The notes beneath the pieces are model-generated. The model had not been told where the DNA came from and did no database searches. It saw only the letters and a list, made by a program, of their open reading frames with translations. 64,000 nt of DNA from assembly GCA_030390025.1 (NCBI GenBank), contig CM059438.1, positions 59,522,001 through 59,586,000 on the forward strand, given 5' to 3'. The stretch comes from Squalus acanthias (lineage: Eukaryota). Positions 38,840-49,231 of this stretch are shown here, piece after piece. Position numbers and translations under genes: made by a program. Every line of letters begins with the position of its first letter. Positions within the stretch are counted from its first letter, which is position 1.

Positions 38840-39720
38840 AAATCTATCTCTCTCAACCTCGAGTACACTCAATGATTCAGCATCCACAGCCCTCTGGGGC
38901 AGAGAATTCTAAAGATTCACAACCCTCTGAGTGAAGAAATTCCTCCTCATCTCAGTCTTAAATGGCCGACCCCTTTTCGTGAGAATGTGCCTCCTTGGTT
39001 CTAGACTCTCCAGCCAGGGGAAACAGCCTCTCAGCATCTACCCTGTCAATCCCCTTCAGAATCTTGTATGTTTCAATGAGATCACCTCTCATTCTTCTAA
39101 ACTCCAGAGAGTATAGGCCCATTCTGCACAACCTCTCATCCAGGAATCAATCTAGTGAACCTTTGTTGCACCGCCTCCAAGGCAAGTATATCCTTCCTTA
39201 GGTAAGGAGACCAAAACTTTGCATAGTACTTCAGGTGTGGTCTCACCAAGGCCCTGTACAATTATAGCAAGACTTCCTTACTCTTGTACTCCAACCCTCT
39301 TGCAATAAAGGCCACCATGTCATTTGCCTTCCTAATTGCTTGCTGTACCTGCATGCTAACTCTCCGTGTTTCCTCTGAGGACACGGAAATCCCTCTGAAC
39401 ACCAACATTTAATAGTTTCTCAGCATTTAAAAAATATTCAGTTTTTCTATTCTTCCTACCAAAATGAATAACCTCATTTCTCCACATTATACTCCATCTA
39501 CCACATTATTGCCCACTCACTTAACCTGTCTATATCCCTTTGCAGTCTTTTTATGTCCTCCTCACAACTAACTTTCCCACCTAGCTTTGTATCATCAGCA
39601 AACTTGGATACATTACACACAGTCCCTTCATCAAAGTTTTTGAAATAGATTGTAAAGAGCTGAGGCCCAAGCAGTGATCGTCGCACCAGCCCACTAATTA
39701 CAACCAGCCAAGCTTAAAAT
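38840..39720 (-). mobile_element. CR1 ORF2 fragment
   Basis: LLGPQLFTIY...SKFADDTKLGG on the minus strand. Confidence 0.9.
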
Positions 39721-39771
39721 CACCCTCTACTCTATCCATGCTAATATATTACACCCAACCCCATGAGCAAT

Positions 39772-40000
39772 ACTCCAACTACACCCTGAAACACTCCAAC
39801 TACACCCTGAAACACTCCAACTACACCCTGAAACACTCCAACTACACCCTGAAACACTCCAACTACACCCTGAAACACTCCAACTACACCCTGAAACACT
39901 CCAACTACACCCTGAAACACTCCAACTACACCCTGAAACACTCCAACTACACCCTGAAACACTCCAACTACACCCTGAAACACTCCAACTACACCCTGAA
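39772..40000. repeat. 21-bp tandem repeat (ACTCCAACTACACCCTGAAAC), about 11 copies
   Basis: Directly visible, near perfect. Confidence 0.96.
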
Positions 40001-40057
40001 ATTCAGCTTGCCTCCTTGTGACAGACAACCTGCCCTCAATGATAGTCATTATGGGGC

Positions 40058-40640
40058 ATGCTGTATTACACAGGATATACAGCACAAACAGGCCAATCGG
40101 CCCAACCAGTCCATGGCAGCGTTTATGCTCCACTCGAGCCTTCTCCCATCTTTCCTCATCTAAATCTATCAGCATAACCCTTTATTCCCTTCTCCCTCAT
40201 ATGCTTATCTAACTCCCCTTTAAATGTATCCATACTATTCCCTTTAACCACTCCCTGTGGTAGCGAGTTCCACATTTGCACCACTCTCTGCGTAAAGAAG
40301 TTTCTCTTCTGAATTCCTTATTTGATTTCTTGGTGACTATCTTATATTGATGGCCTCTCGTTATGCTTTTCCCCACAAGTGGAAACTTTCTCTCTGTATC
40401 TACTCTATCAAAACCTTTCATAATTTTAAAGACCTCTATTAGGTCACCCCTCAGCCTTCTCTTTTCAAGAGAAAAGAGACCCAGCCTGTTCATCTGTTCC
40501 TGATAGGTATACTCTCTCATTTCTAGTTTCATCCTTGTAAATCTTCTCTGCACCGTCTCCAGTGCCTCTATCCTTTTTATAATATGGCGACCAGAACAGT
40601 ACGCAGTACTCCAAGTGTGGTCTAACTAAAGTTCAATATT
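40058..40640 (-). mobile_element. CR1 3' fragment (same family as 29225-31570)
   Basis: RLGLFSLEKRRLRGDL...ITRGHQYKIVTKKS; tail tattacacaggatatac. Confidence 0.9.
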
Positions 40641-40724
40641 CTGCCTGTAGTCTACACCGTGCGATGCTCAGACAGAACACTGTGATATCCAGACTGCAGC
40701 CTGCAATATGCTGCTAGTGGCCAG

Positions 40725-42008
40725 TGTAGGCTTCGCAAAATCCCCCAGAAACTCGAACAGAACCCTAAAGGGAGTGATTTTTGGACCTTTCATACAAACT
40801 TGGGATGATGGGATCTAAGTGAAGTGATTTGAGGTTAAAAACCTCAGTTTTGGACATTTTAAAGATCAGGGAAGAAAAAAACCCTGAGGAAAATGACCTT
40901 TGAATCTTACTGTTGGGAAAGACACCTTTCACAGACAGACAGGCTGCGGAGGGGCGTGGCCAGGCAGTGGACAGCTTTGGGTATTGGGGCCCAATCAAGC
41001 TGTCTGGGAATTTGTTTACACTGCATTCCTACCAAGGAGGAAGAGACAAACCCAAAGCCTCACACACACATCGAAATATGAATAATCCAAGACCTCTTTT
41101 GAAATTTCCAGGCCCAAACAGGATACCAGAATCCTGAAATCAATAAAACATTTAGTACCCCGATTACTTCATCAAAAACCAATCAACCTAGGACAACAGG
41201 GACAAGATTTGGCGCGCAGATAAAGGCCCTGCCCAAATGGAAACATCGAAGCCATCAGGACATGTTTAACACCAAGTTAAAAGCCATCGAAACTAACAAG
41301 CCCGCCAAAACTAAGACAATGGAATAAACAGGGCTCATTTGAAATCTAAAGGAAACAGATTTAGTAAGGGGTTTTGGGCGTGAAAAAGACAAAGGGGCTG
41401 AACAGTATAATTGGGGGCCTAATCCCCCAAGACTCTCTCTGGTCTCTCTGACAACGCTCTCAACGCTCGCACAGCTCTCTCTCAGCTCTGCTCCAGCAAG
41501 ACACCACAAGCCACGAGCAGGAGGAGGAAAGAAGGCCACCAACTTCACAAGCAGACCAACACACAAGGAGAAACCAGAGCGACTGCCTCAGTGACCATTG
41601 GACACCTCGCGGCAACAAGGGCCTTACGAAACCTTTTACTCAAAAGACTCTAAACCCTAACTCTCAACTGTCAAGGATTTGTTTGGTGAACATTATCCCT
41701 AATCTCCTGAAACCAAAACCTAGCTAGATAGTGGGATTTTCGGGAGGGATAAGGTTTTTTTTTGTACATTGTCATTCTCCCTCGCCTGTACCGTGTTCCC
41801 CAACCTGTGTTTAAGTATTAAGTGTGTTTTAAGTTTGTTACCTTTTTCTTTTAATAAAGTCAAAATTCTTTCATCAGAACCTGTTGTCTACTGCATCTTT
41901 GTTCACAACTCCTAAATAAGTCCAAAGTCTAGAACCAGGGGCGTGGGAGCGATTCGAACCGCTCACTGAGTCAGAGGTGAAGGCTGACCCCACACACCAC
42001 CCCCTACA
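40725..42008 (+). repeat. 5' LTR (1284 bp)
   Basis: Direct repeat of 47977-49231. TATA-like gtataatt near 41405; AATAAA near 41853. Confidence 0.97.
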
Positions 42009-42010
42009 AA

Positions 42011-43840
42011 ATGGCAACTGCGGCAAGACTTTGGCGAAAGGGTTGTGAAGCAGTAAATGCTGGTTTTGAGGAGCAAACAAGAATGGAAGAGAGGATGTCA
42101 TCCTATGTATATAAAAAGGTTAATATCACCAGGAAATGGGTCCTCAGGCTGTTGCATGCCGAACGTCCTATGGACGCTGCAGCTACATGGACTGAGAGCA
42201 AGGAATACAATAAGTCTGTGGAGAAAGCCATATGGTTGGTCTGCTCCCAGAAACAAATGCAGCTTATGGGGAAGCGCATTCAGGCTCTCTCAGAAGAGCT
42301 AAAGGAAGAAAGCCAACTGTCCCGTGCCAGAGCTATAGCAGGGGAGAGGTTGTTAGCAGAGCTAAACACAAAAGATCAGGAACAGTCACAGATACTAGAG
42401 GAACACCGTGCCAGTAAGGGATACCTCCAGTGTCAGGCCACCGAGGCCAAAAGTAGTGAACTGGCATTGCTGGAAGAGAACACCTGCCTTGCCAAGCAAT
42501 TAAGGGAACTCACAGAAATTAAAAGATGTTCAAGCAGCTTACAGAGTAGCCAGTACAAGGGGGTTTGAGGTAGGGGACCACGGCCCCTGTCAGAAGCAGA
42601 TTGAGAGTCTGAACCTTGCTCTGTCTAAGACAAAAGGCATGATGTGCCTGATAAGCCCGGGTGCGGCCCAGGTAGACCTGGAAGAGCAAGGGGAGACTGT
42701 TCGACCACCACCTGTGGCGCCAAGGAGAAGCTTGGTTAGGCAGCAGGAGGGGCAGACAATCTGTGAGGCTGACGGGGAGTGCACACCAGCATCTGTGGTG
42801 CTGAGTTTTGACTCGGTCTGGCAGCAGGGAGAGGGGGGCAAACCGATGCAGGAGAAGTCTGAGCCAGGGTCAATGTGCCCAGCACGACAGCAGAAGTTTG
42901 GCCCGCCCGCCGGTGGTGGAGGTCAGGGACCCCTTGAAAATCAATTCGTGGCTCCCCACGGTACACAACAGCTTAGGGCTATGGTAAGCCACCTGAGTAA
43001 ACTTACCCAAACGGGAGACTCCTCGGTCCACTTCATGGAAGTGGAACAGGCAGCAGGCATCAATGACTGTGATGATGCCGAGATGGCAAAAATACTCCTG
43101 TTCTCACTAGATGGTAAGCTATACCAGTCCCTCTCTGCTGAGAGCAAGAGGACGGAATGGGTATGCTGCCATCAGAAAGGAAGTTTGAGGCCATGGGGAT
43201 GAATGATGGTAGTCCATTCTCCTGGGTGGAGAAAACAGTGCAGCTCGCAGGGGAGACCCCACAGGCTTTCGCAGACAGACTGTGGCCTGTGTACAGGGGT
43301 GCTTGTAATAGGGATCTTGACCGAGCTAACCTGAACAGGGACGAGCTGGCCCACTGGCTCCGTAGCCTAGTGGCAAACAGCTTGCCACGAATCAAAGCCA
43401 AGGCTGAGCTTTGGTTTGACGCAAGAGATCCCCGGGTCACAGAGGAGACAGTGGTCAGACAACTGACCCTAGCCTACCGGAACGGTAGAGGGGCTGAAGA
43501 GCCCCCACCAAAAGGAAAGGTGCATGAAATAAAGCCCAGTCAGGATAAGGAGTGGCACCAGGAAGGTGGTAAACCTTCCGACACAAAGCGTAACTGCTTC
43601 GGGTGCGGGAAGAGTGGGCACTGGAGAAAGGACTGTCGAAATCCCTGGAAGGATATACTACCAAAGAATTCCCCAGCTTTTGTCCCAAAAGTAGAGGCAC
43701 CGACCTCTTTCCCACCCCCCCCCCCCACCACACCGGACACAATAGTAGCGGCCATCAGAGTCCTGTTTGGTGGCCCAGGGAAGGTAGCTACAACAACTGG
43801 TGCATTAATCCCATCTGCCCCCCCTAACGCAGACCTATGA
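42011..43840 (+). pseudogene. gag: gag, frameshifted over three ORFs: N-terminal coiled coil, capsid-like region, CCHC zinc knuckle
   Basis: ORFs 42011-42568, 42639-43202 and 43157-43840; CFGCGKSGHWRKDC = CX2CX4HX4C. Confidence 0.88.
42012..42029 (+). promoter_or_regulatory. Primer-binding site, probably tRNA-Arg(UCG)
   Basis: TGGCAACTGCGGCAAGAC, 3 nt after the LTR. It matches 15/18 with TGGCGACCGCGGCAGGAC, the complement of the vertebrate tRNA-Arg-TCG 3' end as recalled; all differences are transitions. Confidence 0.7.
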
Positions 43841-43883
43841 CTAGAACCAGCGCAGCCTGTCCACCTGTGTTCCCCGGGATACG

Positions 43884-44770
43884 ATGGGGGTGGAGAACGT
43901 GCAGGGGAGATGTTTGTTGGACACCGGAGCTGCCAGCACGGTGGTCCATTCAGAAGACCTGACCAATTCACCCAGGTCTAACGGGGTCCCGTACAGTTTA
44001 ATGGGATTCACAGGGAACAAGCAGGCTGGGGCAATGTCCAAACCTTTGGACATAGATTTTGGATCCCTCCATACCACGTGGGAGGGTAACCTAAAGGCCA
44101 ACAAGTTGGCCAAGGAAGGAGAGTTCTGGGATCCCTATAAAGCAGGTCCGGTAGCTGCAATCCAGGACAAGGGAGGCACACGGGGTAGCTTTGCCCCCGG
44201 ACTTAAAGCAGGTCCAAGCCCAGAATCCCGTCCTTAAGGCCGTCCTGGTAAAGAGAGAGAGAGAGTGGGGAGTCCCTAGAAGGTCCGTTCAGGGCAGCGG
44301 ACGAGATTTTTAAACGGGTCCACTGGCAGGCTGCGAGTAACATGGGAAAGCAGCATCGGGGTAACCGATTGCTGCTGGAACCCCGCAAGCACCACGAGTG
44401 GGAGGTAGGAGATCAGGTCATGGTGAGAAATTTTGCCCGGGTAGGGAATTTCGAACCATTGTACATGGGACCCTACAACATTGTAGACAAGGCAAGCCCC
44501 ATGGTCTATGCCATAAAGATGCCCCGCCGTACAAAGTGGTTTCACATCAACCAATGCAAGCTGTTCAAACCCGGAAGCAGGGAACAGCCGGCAAAGGTGG
44601 ACTGCCCCCAAGTTAGAGATCCTCAGCCAGCAGCAGCTGTGGCAGACGCACAAGCTGCAGCGGGAGGGACAGTGTGCTGTTTCACAGGAGAGAACCCTCC
44701 ACCGATTACATGGGACTCAAGCACACCCCCAGTGGCCAGAACCCTAAGAAGGTCTCCCCGGACACCATAG
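43884..44770 (+). pseudogene. pol: Deleted pol: aspartic protease, RNase H C-terminal remnant, integrase C-terminal (GPY/F) domain
   Basis: LLDTGA protease; GNLKANKLAKEG (44085-44120); WEVGDQVMVRNF...PLYMGPYNIV...WFHINQCK. No YxDD RT, HHCC or DDE core present. Confidence 0.88.
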
Positions 44771-45373
44771 CCAAGGCTACTGTGGCCACAGGTGTATCAG
44801 TTTACAGGGTCCCACCCAAAGAGGGTTGCAACCTGAAAAAGAGCGCCCAAGAGCAGGGAGCATTCTAAAGTTGGGGATCCCTAGCCTAGAGCCTCAGCAG
44901 TGAGGGATTCACAGGAGAGGTAGTACTGGGAGAAGAGAGAGAGAAGGGTCCCCAGCCTGCAGCCTCAGGCTGGGAGGAGCCCACAGATATGAACGAGGGC
45001 GCTGCAGCCACACCAAAGGGGGTAGTGTGGTGCAGCACAGGACTCAGCTGGGATGTTAAGATACCCCCAGCGGTTTTGAGGAAGGCCTTCTGGGTCCAGC
45101 GGTACAGGCCGCACTACACCCAGGTGTACAAGCCATCCAGAAGCCACATAAGGCAGAGGCTAAACAGGATTTAACCTGGCCGTCCGGAGACGGGCAGCAA
45201 ATGTACAGAAATTTTAGGTTTTAAGTAATTGCAGTTTTGGTAGTTATGGGTTATCATTAGTTTAGTTATTTGTAGAGTTTTAAGTTTAAGGGCTCGATTA
45301 ATTATCCAGCCAGAGAACCTTTCTGGGACATGGATATATGTTTTGTGTTTGCCCCTACAGAAAGGAATTCGGA

Positions 45374-47703
45374 ATGACAAGGGTTCTGCTCCTGCTCGCC
45401 CTGGTAGGGGTGAGCATCGGTGACCGAGGTGACGTAGAGGACTCCCACATCTATGGGTGCTCGGGAGAGAGCACCGGTCGTCACCACAGGGGGTGGCGAG
45501 CGGGGAGTGGAGGAGCTCGCCATCTACTTCCACGAGGGAGGGTGGCTGGGGTCCAACTCTACTAAATACTCCAACCAGGCCGGGTTCACATACGGGGAGG
45601 CCTCCCTCCCATGCCCCAGAATATAGGTTGTTGCCACAAGGGTCAGTGTCACCGAGGGGAAGTGTGTGTGCCTTACCTGTAAGGGACGAATTCCCCTGAA
45701 TAGGTGGTGGTGGCTCAGGAAGCTGAGCAGGGATGTAGGGGACCATACAGCCGACTGGGAAAGATTAGGGAACGACACCTACCGGACAATCACAGGGACC
45801 CAAGGAGGAGTGAATGTGTGGTGGGAGTCGGAACAGGGAGTCTATGTTTGTATGTGGGGTTCAGAGGAAGCCTGCCCCACAGGGGTATCCATCATCTTCT
45901 CCAGCCAATGACAAGATGCCGGGGAGGGGATAGGGTGGGATTCTAGCCTGCATGGGTGCGTGGTCCCACACATTCCGGTCCCAGTTAATGCCACTGAACT
46001 CGTGGCACACACCCGAAAGCCCCTACCCACGACCCAGGTACCGAAAACCCTGGAAGAAAAGTGTCCTACCACCACCAAGGAACCAGGGAATGGGTTAGTC
46101 CTAGTACCAACCGAAAAGGTACTATACCAGGGGGTGCACTATGCAGTAGCTTCAGTAATATTAAACCTTACCGAGGTATACTTACCTGAGTGGTGTCCTA
46201 AGGAGACGGAGCAGTTATACCAGGCCCTGCTAAAGGAAATGTTTAGGAAATTTTACGAGTTTGATTTTGCCAATATAGACAAAGTAGAGCTATACAGAAT
46301 ACACCCTGAGAATCCTATGGGCACGGGTAGACAACGAAGGGGAGCCTGGAATGATGTTTTCACTGCCTATAGTACAGGATCCTCTGTAATAAATAGCCTG
46401 GATGACATGGAATTACAGACACAGATAAATGGTTTAAAAACCCAGTTAAGAAAGATCCTGAAGGATGGGAACACAGTGGTAGGCTCAGAGTTACATGAGG
46501 ACCAAGCTATGACGGTTCATTTAAAGGAAATCATTGCAGAATTGGAAAGGCATGCCAAAACAGTAAATGCACTCATACAGGAGGATAGGAATGCATCGGA
46601 TCAGGCTGCACAGAATGAGGTGTGTGTGCTTTACGGGACATGGTTGCTGGGTGAGGGCCGTAGCAACCTGGAGCATTTAAAGCAAGGTTTAGTCCCCTCC
46701 TGGATCAGCAACAAGTACCTCGCAGCCCTCCACCCGTTTAGTAATTCGCTGAGCCCATGCCAATTTTGTCTAGCCTCTGAAGCCTATCCTGTCCCAATAG
46801 ATTGTGGGCGTTCCAATCACACTATCATGGGGATAGTAGTGAGGATGCTGGTCATGAGTGGGACAGCCCGACCCGTACCTGTATACAGGGTGGAGAACAT
46901 TGGAATCATTCAACGGGGTGCACACTGCAGTTTTACAGCAGTCCCACCTTATGTCATAAAGTGGGAGCACGCCATGACAGGTACTGACCTCTCCGGATGC
47001 CGGAGCTGGGGTTCACACACAATACTGTGTCCCCAGCACTTGAACGCCTATTCTAAACCACAGTGCGGGTTTAAAGCTGCTGGCGCACGACCTATAAACT
47101 GTACCATGGAGGTAATGGCACACGGCCATGTTTCCCCACAGGTAGCATATATAGGGGGTGGGACATATTGTGTCACCACAGGTGCGTCCCACTACCAGCA
47201 TGGACACTTCTGGTGTCCGGTAAGTGACAGCAGTTTCTGCTTTAAACCCGAGGCAGAAGTTCAAGTGGCTCAGGAACGGATTATCCCCATTCCTGAATCC
47301 TCCACTGTTCACCTCACTGTAACAGAAAACATCACCAACCTGCAAAAGTATGTGACTTACTTTGGATATAAAATTCCCCCTCTACCTGAACATCTTACCA
47401 TCCTATTTAAAGCTGTAGAGATTTCACAAACATTTCTACACCCTGGAACAGAAAACAGTTGAAATAGGGGCAGAGATTTTGGATATAGTAGTTCCACCCT
47501 GGTGGGATATTTTCGAGAATATAGAGGTGCCTTCCTGGATCAGGATGGCTTTCCATCTTTTGGTGGTCTGCCAGCTTGGGATAGTTCTCTACCTGCTGTG
47601 TACAAAGTGCAGGGGAAGGGACGGGGAGCTCCGTTCCAGACACGAAGGGACTTGGGAAGTGCATCAAAATAAAGGCTATGGCCAGGGATGGAACGAACCT
47701 TGA
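45374..47703 (+). pseudogene. env: env: signal peptide, Ig-like domain(s), Thr/Pro linker, F-type class I fusion protein, TM anchor; 2 stops and 2 frameshifts
   Basis: Acceptor tttgcccctacag (45360), then MTRVLLLLALVGVSIG. Main frame 45471-47462 with stops at 45624 and 45909. Furin site RQRR at 46329-46340, heptad repeat, Cys-rich region. Frameshift near 47430 into ...WWDIF...AFHLLVVCQLGIVLYLLC (TM). Confidence 0.85.
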
Positions 47704-47976
47704 TTTTGTTTTTTTAATAAAAATTTTTGTGTGTGTGTTGTGTCATTTTTATGATGTGTTTTTCCAAGCTGTGCAGGGGTGTCGGACCCTCTACGTGCTT
47801 GGATGTGAAATAAAGATTGATTCTTACCTGTATGTACCTGAAACACCACATTTAAAAGGGGAATGTATGTTTGGGTTTTTAGTTTAGGTAATACAGGGGA
47901 AGGTTGGTTTTCGGGGATCAGAAATTTTGCTCACCTGTTAATGATACTAATTCAGGTTTAGTATCAAAGGGGGGAG

Positions 47977-49231
47977 TGTAGGCTACGCAAAATCCCCCAG
48001 AAACTCGAACAGAACCCTAAAGGGAGTGATTTTTGGACCTTTCATACAAACTTGGGATGATGGGATCTAAGTGAAGTGATTTGAGGTAAAAACCTCAGTT
48101 TTGGACATTTTAAAGATCAGGGAAGAAAAAAACCCTGAGGAAAATGACCTTTGAATCTTACTGTTGCGGAGGGGCGTGGCCAGGCAGTGGACAGCTTTGG
48201 GTATTGGGGCCCAATCAAGCTGTCTGGGAATTTGTTTACACTGCATTCGTACCAAGGAGGAAGAGACAAACCCAAAGCCTCACACACACATCGAAATATG
48301 AATAATCCAAGACCTCTTTTGAAATTCCCAGGCCCAAACAGGATACCAGAATCCTGAAATCAATAAAACATTTAGTACCCCGATTACTTCATCAAAAACC
48401 AATCAACCTAGGACAATAGGGACAAGATTTGGCGCGCAGATAAAGGCCCTGCCCAAATGGAAGCATCGGAAGCCATCAGGACATGTTTAACACCAAGTTA
48501 AAAGCCATCGAAACTAACAAGCCCGCCAAAACTAAGACAATGGAATAAACAGGGCTCATTTGAAATCTAAAGGAAACAGATTTAGTAAGGGGTTTTGGGC
48601 GCGAAAAAGACAAAGGGGCTGAACAGTATAATTGGGGGCCTAATCCCCCAAGACTCTCTCTGGACTCTCTGACAACGCTCTCAACGCTCGCACAGCTCTC
48701 TCTCAGCTCTGCTCCAGCAAGACACCACAAGCCACGAGCAGGAGGAGGAAAGAAGGCCAACAACTTCACAAGCAGACCAACACGCAAGGAGAAACCAGAG
48801 CGACTGCCTCAGTGACCATTGGACACCTCGCGGCAACAAGGGCCTTACGAAACCTTTTACTCAAAAGACTCTAAACCCTAACTCTCAACTGTCAAGGATT
48901 TGTTTGGTGAGCATTATCCCTGATCTCCTGAAACCAAAACCTAGCTAGATAGTGGGATTTTCGGGAGGGATAAGGTTTTTTTTGTATATGGTCAATGTCC
49001 CTCGCCTGTACCGTGTGTTCCCCAACCTGTGTTTAAGTATTAAGTGTGTTTTAAGTTTGTTACCTTTTTCTTTTAATTAAAGTCAAAATTCTTTCATCAG
49101 AACCTGTTGTCTACTGCATCTTTGTTCACAACCCCTAAATAAGTCCAAAGTCTAGAACCAGGGGCGTGGGAGCGATTCGAACCGCTCACTGAGTCAGAGG
49201 TGAAGGCTGACCCCACACACCACCCCCTACA
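47977..49231 (+). repeat. 3' LTR (1255 bp)
   Basis: Preceded by a PPT; lacks a 31-bp segment present in the 5' LTR. Confidence 0.97.

Larger units (their letters stand above)
40725..49231 (+). mobile_element. LTR provirus / env-bearing retroelement (lokiretrovirus-like), pol-deleted and non-autonomous
   Basis: LTRs TGTAGG...CCTACA at 40725-42008 and 47977-49231. TSD CCAG at 40721-40724 and 49232-49235. PBS 42012-42029, PPT AAAGGGGGGAG 47966-47976. Gene order gag-pro-(RH remnant)-(IN C-terminus)-env. Confidence 0.96.

Noticed and set aside
41255..41566. 103-aa antisense ORF present in both LTRs
   Set aside because: Non-ATG start and no recognisable motif; presence in both LTRs is trivial at about 99% identity.
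41945..41965. tRNA gene on the minus strand (GGTTCGAATC B-box)
   Set aside because: No D-arm, anticodon arm or acceptor stem; better read as a primer-interaction motif in U5.
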